Shown piece after piece: positions 7,695 through 15,416 of a stretch of DNA of 32,000 bases; positions within the stretch are counted from its first letter, which is position 1, and each line of letters opens with the position of its first letter. Where the stretch lies: the NCBI RefSeq assembly GCF_000007145.1, contig NC_003902.1:1627436-1659435 (forward strand), in the 5' to 3' direction. Under the pieces are notes generated by a model that ran no database searches, was not told the origin of the DNA, and was given only the letters and a program-made list of their open reading frames with translations. A program made the position numbers and the translations under genes. The DNA is from Xanthomonas campestris pv. campestris str. ATCC 33913. Lineage in GTDB: Bacteria; Pseudomonadota; Gammaproteobacteria; Xanthomonadales; Xanthomonadaceae.

Positions 7695-9938
7695 TTACGG
7701 CAACTGCATCGCCGGCAGCGCGACCTCCACGCTCTCCACCGGGTCAGTGGCCGAGCGTGCCAACTGCACGCGATAGGTGCCGGCGGCAATCGTCCAGTGA
7801 CGTGCCTTGGCGTCGAAGTCGGCCAGCGTCTTGGGCTCGGCCACGACCTGCACCGTGTGCTTCTCGCCGGGCTTGAGCGCGACCTTCTGCCAGCCGATCA
7901 GGCGCAACGGTGTGGCGTGGCCATTGGGCAAGGTGACGTAGAGCTGCGGCACGGCGGCACCGTCGCGCTGGCCGGTATTTTCCACCTCGAAATTGGCAGT
8001 CAGTTGGCCGTTGGCAGCCTCCACACGCAGGCCGCCCATGCGGAACTGCGTGTACGACAGGCCATGCCCGAATGGATAGCGCGGGGTCAGGTTGCGCGCG
8101 GCAAACCACTTGTAGCCAACGTTGGCGCCTTCAATGGCGTAATCGATGGTGTCTTCGCCCGGCTTGGCCGGCTTGAAGCCCAGGCCCGGAATCGACGGAC
8201 GCGGCAATTGCGACTCATCCACGGGCCAGGTCACCGGCAGATGGCCGGAGGGATTTACCGCACCGGTCAGCAGGTTGGCGATGGCCTCGCCACCGCCAAT
8301 CCCCGGGTACCACGCCTGCAACACCGCCGGCACGTGCTCGGCCCACGGCATGCGCACCGGGCCGTTGGTCTCCAGCACCACGGTGGTCTTGGGGTTGGCC
8401 TTGGCCACCGCTTCGATCAGTGCGTCCTGGCCATCGGGCAGTTGCATGTCCGGCAGATCCACCGACTCGGCGGCCCACTGGGTGGCGAACACGATCGCCA
8501 CGTCGGCAGCCTTGGCCGCGCGTGCGGCCGCCGCGCGGTCCTTGCCGTCCACGTAATCGATCTGCACGTCCGGCAACGCCGCGCGCAGCGCCTGCAACGG
8601 CGAGGAGGGATGGATGATCACCGGGCCGGGCCAGGTGGTCGGGGTGAGCCCGGGCACCGCGTTGCCGCCGTTGATGGTGTAGTCCACCCGCGAAGAACCA
8701 CCGCCGGACATCACGCCCTTGTCGGCATAACCGCCGATCACCGCGATGCGGCGCACGTCCTTTGACAGCGGCAAGGTGGCCTGTTCGTTACGCAGCAGTA
8801 CGCTGCCTTCTTCGGCCACGCGCTGCGCGGCGCGTTGGCCGGCCTTGCCGTCGATGGGCTGGCGCTGGGTGGGGTGGTCGAACGCCCCATGCGCGAACAG
8901 GCTGCGCAGGATGCGCGTGACCATGTCGTCGAAGCGCGCGCGCGGCACCACGCCGGCACCAACCGCCATGCGCAGCGGTGCATCGAAGAACACCGCCGCA
9001 TCGAAGACTTCACCGGCCGACTGTTGATCCAGCCCGGCCAGCGCGGCCTTGGAGCCGCTGTGCACGCCGCCCCAATCGGACATCACATAGCCGGGGTACT
9101 TCCATTCCTGCTTGAGCACCTGGTTGAGCAGGTAGTCGTGCTCGCAGCCGTAGATGCCGTTGATCTTGTTGTACGAGCACATCACCGAGGCCGGGTCGCC
9201 GATCTTCAGTGCGATCTCGAACGCCAGCAGGTCCGACTCGTGCATCGCCTGTTCGCCGATCTGCGCGCTATGGAAGTTGCGCCGGGTTTCCATGTCGTTG
9301 AGCGCGAAGTGCTTCATCGTCGACAGCACGTGCTCGCTCTGCACGCCGCGGATCGATTCGCCCACCATCACGCCGGCCAGCAGCGGGTCTTCGCCGGCGT
9401 ATTCGAAGTTACGGCCGTTGCGTGGGTCGCGCTGCAGGTTGACGCTGCCGGCCAGCAGCACGTTGAAGCCCTGCTGCCAGGATTCGCGGCCCATGGTCTT
9501 GCCGCCGGCATAGGCCAGTTGCGGATTCCAGCTCGACGCCGTGGACGGGCCGGACGGCATCGCAGTAGCGAAGTCGCCCTTGCGGATGCCGCCGGGATTG
9601 GTCACGCCCACGCCGGCATCGGCCAGCTGCTGCGCCGGGATACCCAGGCGCGCAATGCCCGGCACATACCCGGCCGAGCCGAGTGCGCCTTCGGGCTTGG
9701 GAATCTTCTCGGTGCCCAGGCCAAAGTAGCTGCGCAGCATCTGGAATTTTTCGTCGTCGGTCATCTGCGTCAGCAGCAGCGCGGCGCGCTGGTCCGGGCT
9801 GAGTGCGGTGTCCATCCACGGCTGTGCGGCGCTGGCCTGCTGCGCGGCCAGCGGCGCGCTGAGGGCAATGCCCAGGCCCAGCGCGAGGGCCAGCGCCAGT
9901 CGGCGCGGTCGCGGAGCGGCGGGTGTAAACGTTTTCAT
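7695..9938 (-). CDS. bglX: Periplasmic/secreted beta-glucosidase, glycoside hydrolase family 3 (BglX-like)
   Basis: This is the frame of track ORF 7695..10166. I place the start at ATG 9938 (MKTFTPAAPRPRRLALALALGLGIALSAPLAAQQ, a signal peptide). GH3 hallmarks are present (KHFALND..., VMSDWGG...). The C-terminal part contains LSYTQF, which fits the fibronectin-III-like domain typical of BglX. Confidence 0.92.
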   Translation of the reverse strand: MKTFTPAAPRPRRLALALALGLGIALSAPLAAQQASAAQPWMDTALSPDQRAALLLTQMTDDEKFQMLRSYFGLGTEKIPKPEGALGSAGYVPGIARLGIPAQQLADAGVGVTNPGGIRKGDFATAMPSGPSTASSWNPQLAYAGGKTMGRESWQQGFNVLLAGSVNLQRDPRNGRNFEYAGEDPLLAGVMVGESIRGVQSEHVLSTMKHFALNDMETRRNFHSAQIGEQAMHESDLLAFEIALKIGDPASVMCSYNKINGIYGCEHDYLLNQVLKQEWKYPGYVMSDWGGVHSGSKAALAGLDQQSAGEVFDAAVFFDAPLRMAVGAGVVPRARFDDMVTRILRSLFAHGAFDHPTQRQPIDGKAGQRAAQRVAEEGSVLLRNEQATLPLSKDVRRIAVIGGYADKGVMSGGGSSRVDYTINGGNAVPGLTPTTWPGPVIIHPSSPLQALRAALPDVQIDYVDGKDRAAAARAAKAADVAIVFATQWAAESVDLPDMQLPDGQDALIEAVAKANPKTTVVLETNGPVRMPWAEHVPAVLQAWYPGIGGGEAIANLLTGAVNPSGHLPVTWPVDESQLPRPSIPGLGFKPAKPGEDTIDYAIEGANVGYKWFAARNLTPRYPFGHGLSYTQFRMGGLRVEAANGQLTANFEVENTGQRDGAAVPQLYVTLPNGHATPLRLIGWQKVALKPGEKHTVQVVAEPKTLADFDAKARHWTIAAGTYRVQLARSATDPVESVEVALPAMQLP

Positions 9939-9989
9939 ATCGAGGTGTGGCACGTCGTGGTCCTTGTGGTGCGGTAACGGATCGGGAGA

Positions 9990-10005
9990 GGGCACCGCGG
10001 TGCCC
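9990..10005. promoter_or_regulatory. Perfect 16-nt palindrome GGGCACCGCGGTGCCC between the carboxypeptidase stop and the bglX start
   Basis: Self-complementary over all 16 nt. It lies 52 nt upstream of the bglX ATG and 52 nt downstream of the M14 stop on the minus strand. It could be an operator or a terminator stem; no U-tract follows. Confidence 0.3.
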
Positions 10006-10056
10006 GAATGGGTGGCGCCGACTGCGCCTTGAATCAGCGCGTCTGCGTCGGCGCGC

Positions 10057-11826
10057 TCAAAATGCGCTCTGGTCGGTACGCAGCACCGGGTAGAGCCGGT
10101 AGCGCTCGTCCCAGGACGGATGCAGCCGGTAGAAAAACTCCAGGCGCGCCTGCGGGTCGGCGGCAAATGCCGGGTCGCTGGCCAGGCGTTGTTCGAACTG
10201 CGCCTTCAGGGCCGGGTCGCGCGCGAGCATCTCGCGCGCCACGTCTTCGGCCACGTAGTCTTCCATGTACTCCTTGCGCTCGAAGGCCAGATTGAACAGA
10301 CCCCACTGCAGCAGCGAATCCGGTGCCTGTGGCTCCAGGATCGCCATCACCAACCGCGCCTTGGGCTGGGCAATCGGTACGAACAACGCGCCTACTGGCA
10401 CCGCGCGCGTCTCAGCACGCCATTGGCCGCTGACGGCGAGCCCCTGGTGGCCCTCGTTGGAACGCGCCGCAAAGGTGGCGGTGTCGGCGCGGAAGCTCTG
10501 CACCGCGCGGTCGCCTGCCTGCGTGAGGGTCTGGAAGGTGATGCCGTGCAGGCGCAGTGTGTCGGCGACCAGGGCGGCCTGCGCCGCCGGCACCAGGTAA
10601 CCGCCGCGCGGCGCCTCCACGGTGACATCCGGGGCGATCTGGTCGCGCAGCGGCACCTTCCGGATCTGCGGTGTGCGCTCGTCGTAGCGGGTCATCAACG
10701 CACCGGACACCGGCGAGGGCGTGCGTGTGTAGGCATAGCCGCGGAACGCGACGGTGCGCGTGCCCGGGCCGGCCGCGTAGCTCAACGGCTCGAGATGACC
10801 GGCCAACGCGCTGGCGCGCCGGTCGGCGGCATGCGCGTCGGCCAGCCAGTGCGTGCCGTGCCGTGCGGCCTGCTGCAATACCGAGACGATGGCGTTGCGG
10901 GTCACCCGCACGCGCACCGGGTACTGCTTCAACGAGTGGGTTTCCACCAGCATGCAGAAGCGGTTACGCAGCAGGAAATAGCCGTGCGAGAACCGCGGTG
11001 GCGAAACGTCGTCGGCGAAGCCCGAGCTGGGGTCGTCCTCGCGCACCAGCGACGGGTAGTACGGCAGTGGCAACGAACCCTGCCTGGCCAGGTCGGCAAT
11101 CACCGCATCGCGCCAGCGGGTGCCGTCCTTGCGCAACGCCGCGTCGCCCGCGTGCACCGGTTCCACCTGCACCGACACATCGTGTTCGAACTGCGCGCCA
11201 TCGGTGGCGTGCAGGTCCACGTACATCAATGGGTCCCACTGCTGCACCAGCCGCAGCATCGCCTGCATCTCCGGCGCGTCGGCCTTGACGTAATCGCGGT
11301 TGAGATTGAGGTTCTGCGCGGTGGTGCGCCAGCCCATCTGTTCGGGGCCGCGCTGGTTGGGGCGGTTCCAGGCGCCGAAGCGCTCATGGCCGTCGACATT
11401 GAACACCGGCACGAAGATCCACACCACCTTGTCGAGCACCTCTTTCCCGGCGGTGCCATCGAGCAACTCGCGCAGGGCCAGGAAGCCCGCGTCCTTGCCA
11501 TCGATCTCGCCGGCATGGATGCCGCCTTGCACCAGCACCACCGGCAATGCGCGCTGCGCCGCGCTTGCCGCATCCAGCGCGCCGCTGGTGGACACCACCA
11601 GCGCCTTCATCGGCCGCCCTTCAGGCGTGGTGCCGAAGCTGATGCAGCGCACCGCCTGCGGGTAGCGCTGCGCGAATGCATCGCACAAGGCGATGACCTC
11701 ATCAAAGCGGCCGGTCTGCACAAAACCGCTGCGCTCGGCCAGGGTGGTCAGCGGCTCGGCAGTCAGGGCGGCGGGGGCAGAGGTGAGCAGCAGCAGGCTC
11801 AGAGCGAGGCGGGTGAAGCGGGGCAT
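10057..11826 (-). CDS. Secreted zinc metallocarboxypeptidase, peptidase family M14
   Basis: 589-aa ORF with a signal peptide (MPRFTRLALSLLLLTSAPAALTA). It carries the M14 zinc-binding HxxE motif (GGIHAGEIDG) and a downstream LNLNRDY segment typical of the family. Confidence 0.88.
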   Translation of the reverse strand: MPRFTRLALSLLLLTSAPAALTAEPLTTLAERSGFVQTGRFDEVIALCDAFAQRYPQAVRCISFGTTPEGRPMKALVVSTSGALDAASAAQRALPVVLVQGGIHAGEIDGKDAGFLALRELLDGTAGKEVLDKVVWIFVPVFNVDGHERFGAWNRPNQRGPEQMGWRTTAQNLNLNRDYVKADAPEMQAMLRLVQQWDPLMYVDLHATDGAQFEHDVSVQVEPVHAGDAALRKDGTRWRDAVIADLARQGSLPLPYYPSLVREDDPSSGFADDVSPPRFSHGYFLLRNRFCMLVETHSLKQYPVRVRVTRNAIVSVLQQAARHGTHWLADAHAADRRASALAGHLEPLSYAAGPGTRTVAFRGYAYTRTPSPVSGALMTRYDERTPQIRKVPLRDQIAPDVTVEAPRGGYLVPAAQAALVADTLRLHGITFQTLTQAGDRAVQSFRADTATFAARSNEGHQGLAVSGQWRAETRAVPVGALFVPIAQPKARLVMAILEPQAPDSLLQWGLFNLAFERKEYMEDYVAEDVAREMLARDPALKAQFEQRLASDPAFAADPQARLEFFYRLHPSWDERYRLYPVLRTDQSAF

Positions 11827-12288
11827 CCAGCGGTCCGGTGTTCCAGGAAAACGTTTGCAATGTAGCCGAGCCAGGGTGGCAGGCCAATCTGCACTGCGTC
11901 AAAGTCTGCAACTGCGACATAGTGGCGTGGTCGCGTTCGCTCGGGCTTTTCGGCCTGTTATTCGGCTCAATCAGCAACGGGTATCTGGCATGTGGTCTAT
12001 CGCCACGGGGTGCAATCGCCAAACGCGCAGTGGCAGGCCGCCACGCTTGCAGGCCGTCGACCACATACTGGTGCGGTGCGATCAGCGCGCAACGCTGCGC
12101 GGCCAACTGCGGCGGTTGCATCACCCGGCACGCCACTCCTGCCGCTGCATCGGTTGCCCCGCCGCCACACCCACGCAAGTGCTGCAGCCTGCGGCCCGTT
12201 CCGGACCAGCAACCCAGTGCCGCGCGATGGCGGGCAACAGGCCGCCGCCGGTACGATAGGGCTCGTTTTCTGCTCGACCGGACTGCCT

Positions 12289-13854
12289 TTGACGACCTCC
12301 ACCTTGCCGGCGCCCGCCGCCGATGCGCGGCTGCCGCGCCAGATCCCCTTCATCATCGGCAACGAGGCGTGCGAGCGTTTCAGTTTCTACGGGATGCGCA
12401 ACATCCTGGTGCAGTTCCTGATCACCTCGCTGCTGCTGCAGGAGGTTGGCGCGCCGGAGCGCGATGCCGAAGCCAAGCACATCCTGCACAGTTTCATGAT
12501 CGGGGTGTTCTTCTTCCCGCTGCTGGGCGGCTGGCTGGCCGATCGCTTCTTCGGCAAGTACACCACCATCATCTGGTTCAGCCTGATCTACTGCGCCGGC
12601 CACGCCTGCCTGGCGTTGTTCGAAGACAGCCGCAGCGGGTTTTTTGTCGGCCTGGGCCTGATCGCGTTCGGTGCCGGCGGCATCAAACCCTTGGTGGCCT
12701 CGTTCATGGGCGACCAGTTCGACCAGTCCAACAAGCATCGGGCCAAGGTGGTGTTCGACGCGTTCTACTGGATCATCAACTTCGGTTCGCTGTTTGCCTC
12801 GTTGTTGATCCCGTTGGCGCTCAAGCACCTGGGCCCGTCGTGGGCATTCGGCATTCCCGGCATCTTGATGTTCATCGCCACGGCGGTGTTCTGGCTGGGC
12901 CGCAAGCGCTACGTTCGGGTGCCGTTGCCGCCCAAGGACCCGCATGGGTTTGGCGCCGTGGTGCGCAGTGCGTTGCTGGCGCATGCGCCGGGCCAGGGGC
13001 GCCCGGGCCTGGCACTGGCGGCGATCAGCGTCTTGCTGGCGCTGGCCTGTTTGGGATTGACCGAGCAGCTAGGCCTGGTGATCTGCCTGTGCATGGCGCT
13101 GGTGCTGCTGCTGGCCGGCATTGGCGGCGGCACGTGGTGGCAGCTGGAACGTGCCCGCGGCACGCATCCGGATGCGGCGGTCGATGGCGTGCGCGCGTTG
13201 CTGCGGGTGCTGGTGATCTTCGCGCTGGTGACGCCGTTCTTTTCCTTGTTCGATCAGAAGGCCTCCACCTGGGTGCTGCAGGGCCGCGAGATGAGGATGC
13301 CGGCGTGGTTCACCGCCTCGCAGATGCAGGCGCTGAATCCGCTGCTGGTGATGCTGCTGATTCCCTTCAACAACCTGGTGCTGTATCCGTTGCTGCGTCG
13401 CCTGGGCTGGGAGCCCACCTCGCTGCGGCGCATGACCAGCGGCATCGCCTTCAGCGGCGTGGCGTGGATTGCGGTCGGTGCGATCCAGGTGGCGATGGAT
13501 GGCGGTGAGCCGATGCACATCGCCTGGCAGATCCTGCCCTACGCCTTGCTCACCTTCGGCGAAGTGCTGGTGTCGGCCACCGGGATCGAGTTTGCCTACA
13601 GCCAGGCGCCGCCGTCGATGAAGGGCGTGGTGATGAGTTTCTGGTACCTGACCACCACGGTCGGCAACCTGTGGGTGCTGCTCTCGAATGTGGCTGTTCG
13701 CAACGCCACGGTGACCTCGCATATCGCCGATACTGGGCTCAGCGAAGCGGCGTTTTTGATGTTCTTCTTCGCGGCCTTCGCGTTCCTGGCAGCACTGGCC
13801 TTCGGCCTGTACGCGCGCCGGTATCGCATGGTCGACAACTACCGTCCTGCCTGA
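12289..13854 (+). CDS. Proton-dependent oligopeptide transporter (POT/PTR2 family, di/tripeptide permease)
   Basis: This is the frame of track ORF 11992..13854. The POT signature ERFSFYGMRNILVQFL sits close to the true N-terminus. There is no in-frame ATG between the GTG start of track ORF 11992 and this motif, so the start is probably TTG 12289 or TTG 12304 (..LPAPAADARLPRQIPFIIGNEACERFSFYGMR). The start is uncertain by about 15 nt or more. The rest is polytopic membrane protein. Confidence 0.85.
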   Translation: MTTSTLPAPAADARLPRQIPFIIGNEACERFSFYGMRNILVQFLITSLLLQEVGAPERDAEAKHILHSFMIGVFFFPLLGGWLADRFFGKYTTIIWFSLIYCAGHACLALFEDSRSGFFVGLGLIAFGAGGIKPLVASFMGDQFDQSNKHRAKVVFDAFYWIINFGSLFASLLIPLALKHLGPSWAFGIPGILMFIATAVFWLGRKRYVRVPLPPKDPHGFGAVVRSALLAHAPGQGRPGLALAAISVLLALACLGLTEQLGLVICLCMALVLLLAGIGGGTWWQLERARGTHPDAAVDGVRALLRVLVIFALVTPFFSLFDQKASTWVLQGREMRMPAWFTASQMQALNPLLVMLLIPFNNLVLYPLLRRLGWEPTSLRRMTSGIAFSGVAWIAVGAIQVAMDGGEPMHIAWQILPYALLTFGEVLVSATGIEFAYSQAPPSMKGVVMSFWYLTTTVGNLWVLLSNVAVRNATVTSHIADTGLSEAAFLMFFFAAFAFLAALAFGLYARRYRMVDNYRPA

Positions 13855-13861
13855 GGTCTGC

Positions 13862-14470
13862 ATGATTACCCTGATCCTGATCGCCATCACCGGCATCGTC
13901 TCGTGGATGGCGTTCAACAACCGCAAGCTGGCCGACCGGCTGGTGTTGTGGCCGCCCGCCCTGGACAAGCACAAGCAGTACGACCGCCTGATCACCTACG
14001 GCTTCATCCACGCCGATCTCGGGCACCTGGTCTTCAACATGATCACGCTGTTCTTTTTCGGCCGGTACATCGAAGACGTGATGACACGGCTGACCGGCAG
14101 CGTGCTGACTTATCCGCTGTTCTATCTGGGCGCGTTGATCGTCTCGATCCTGCCCAGCTATCTGAAGAACCAGAAGAACCCGAACTATCTCAGCCTGGGC
14201 GCATCGGGCGCGGTGTCGGCGGTGTTGTTCGCCTTCATCCTGCTCAAGCCATGGACGATCATCCTGGTGCTGTTCATTCCGGCGCCGGCGATCATCTATG
14301 CGGTGTTCTACGTGGGTTACAGCCTGTGGATGGACCGCCGCGGCGGCGACCGCATCAACCACAGCGCGCACCTGGCGGGCGCGGCGTTCGGCGTGATGTT
14401 CATGCTGATCATGGAACCGCGCGTGCTGCAGGTGTTCCTGGAGCAATTGTCGAACCCGCGCTTCGGTTGA
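13862..14470 (+). CDS. Rhomboid-family intramembrane serine protease
   Basis: 202-aa, 6-TM ORF starting 7 nt after the POT stop, with GAGG 6 nt upstream of the ATG. It has the catalytic GxSG (LGASGAVSAV) and the downstream catalytic His context (HSAHLAGAAFG). Confidence 0.88.
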   Translation: MITLILIAITGIVSWMAFNNRKLADRLVLWPPALDKHKQYDRLITYGFIHADLGHLVFNMITLFFFGRYIEDVMTRLTGSVLTYPLFYLGALIVSILPSYLKNQKNPNYLSLGASGAVSAVLFAFILLKPWTIILVLFIPAPAIIYAVFYVGYSLWMDRRGGDRINHSAHLAGAAFGVMFMLIMEPRVLQVFLEQLSNPRFG

Positions 14471-14599
14471 GCAGGCGGGTCTCGCCGCAAGACGCTGCGG
14501 AAGCGTGGCGTGGGCTGGCGTGATGAGCGTGCTGGCCGATGTGCCTGGCCTGCGTCACGCCAAAAGTGCACGTATTGAATGATGTGCCTGCGCGGCGTT

Positions 14600-14624
14600 C
14601 GCTGCGGCACGGGTCGCCGCAGCG
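14600..14624. terminator. 9-bp perfect hairpin (CGCTGCGGC / GCCGCAGCG) in the convergent gap between rhomboid and the 66-aa ORF
   Basis: Arms at 14600-14608 and 14616-14624 are exact complements with a 7-nt loop. A second short hairpin GCAGGGC-GCG-GCCCTGC lies at 14637-14653. No clear U-tracts. Confidence 0.3.
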
Positions 14625-14677
14625 TAGTCGCGTTGGGCAGGGCGCGGCCCTGCAGTGTTGCGATCAGCGCAAAGGCC

Positions 14678-14878
14678 TCAGGCCGCGTTGCGCTCGTGGT
14701 CGATCAGGCTGCCGCTGCCGGACACGGTGCCGTAGGCCTGCTGCAGGCGCTCGTAGACGGTGTCGTTGAGCTGGGCGAATTCCTGGCCCTGGGTGTTGCC
14801 GTTGATGGCGAACTGGAACAGGCCTTCCAGCAACGAGCTATCACTCTCTGCGCCGTGTCCTGACGAATCGTTGTTCAT
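14678..14878 (-). CDS. Small acidic cytoplasmic protein of unknown function (66 aa)
   Basis: AGGAG lies 7 nt upstream of the ATG (plus-strand CTCCT at 14886-14890). By my hand count, roughly nine in ten codons end in G or C, the codon bias expected of real genes in this genome. There is no signal peptide or TM segment. Sequence: MNNDSSGHGAESDSSLLEGLFQFAINGNTQGQEFAQLNDTVYERLQQAYGTVSGSGSLIDHERNAA. I recognise no family. Confidence 0.65.
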   Translation of the reverse strand: MNNDSSGHGAESDSSLLEGLFQFAINGNTQGQEFAQLNDTVYERLQQAYGTVSGSGSLIDHERNAA

Positions 14879-14900
14879 GCTGTCGCTCCTGGCGGGTAGG

Positions 14901-14950
14901 GCGAAGGCGCCGGTGCGTCGCTGTCGAGCAGCTGTTGCGAGCGCCTTCGC
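14901..14950. repeat. 10-bp perfect inverted repeat GCGAAGGCGC ... GCGCCTTCGC (30-nt spacer with an internal CAGCTG-centred partial palindrome)
   Basis: Arms at 14901-14910 and 14941-14950 are exact reverse complements. The repeat lies in the divergent region between the 66-aa ORF and the GNAT-like gene. Confidence 0.35.
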
Positions 14951-15093
14951 GTTGGCTATCGGCGTCGGCGCGGCGAACTTTAGCCCCGCCGCAGCTGGCT
15001 GGGCAGCAGGTCACGGTGTGGCTTGTCTTTCACGCAGACACGGCGCGCTGCTGGTCAGAATTGGTACAGGAAATAACGCCGGATCAAGATCAG

Positions 15094-15378
15094 ATGGATG
15101 CCGCACACCTGCACGTGACGCACGACGCCGCCCATCAGCGGTTCACGGTCGAGCTCGATGGCAACACCGCCGAGTTGGCCTACGAGCAGCAGGACGCGGT
15201 GCTGACCATCACGCACACGCGGGTGCCGGACGCCATCGGTGGCCGCGGCGTGGCTGCGGCCTTGGTGGAGGCGGCATTGGGTTTTGCAGGTGAGGCGGGG
15301 TTGAAGGTCATCCCCGCCTGCAGTTATGCCGACGCCTACATGCGCCGGCATCCGCAATTTCAAGCGCTGTTGGCCTGA
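15094..15378 (+). CDS. Small GNAT-like N-acetyltransferase-fold protein (YjdJ-type, about 94 aa)
   Basis: This is the frame of track ORF 14935..15378. I place the start at ATG 15094. MDAAHLHVTHDAAHQRFTVELDGNTAELAYEQQDAVLTITHTRVPDAIGGRGVAAALVEAAL...IPACSYA matches the short single-domain GNAT-like family, with an (R/Q)GxG-type CoA loop and a conserved C-terminal P-x-C-S-(Y/F). Confidence 0.8.
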   Translation: MDAAHLHVTHDAAHQRFTVELDGNTAELAYEQQDAVLTITHTRVPDAIGGRGVAAALVEAALGFAGEAGLKVIPACSYADAYMRRHPQFQALLA

Positions 15379-15416
15379 TCGTCAGCAGCTGGGTGTCGTC
15401 AGGGGAGTAGGTGGGA

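Noticed and set aside
11936-11965. Cluster of TTCGC/TTCGG pentamers as a plant-inducible-promoter (PIP, HrpX) box
   Set aside because: The PIP consensus requires TTCGB-N15-TTCGB. The spacings here are 8, 7 and 20 nt, so none fits.
11702-12362. ORFs inside the long POT leader (158-aa and 121-aa minus; 188-aa and 556-aa plus)
   Set aside because: They overlap each other and the carboxypeptidase or POT genes, have Arg/Pro/Ala/Cys-rich low-complexity translations and no SD. The region is treated as non-coding or possibly decayed instead.
14678-15378. 66-aa ORF plus GNAT-like gene as a GNAT-toxin/antitoxin pair
   Set aside because: The genes are divergent rather than co-oriented and overlapping. 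The GNAT-like protein is only about 94 aa (YjdJ type), far shorter than TacT/AtaT-type toxins. The small protein has no RHH or HTH features.
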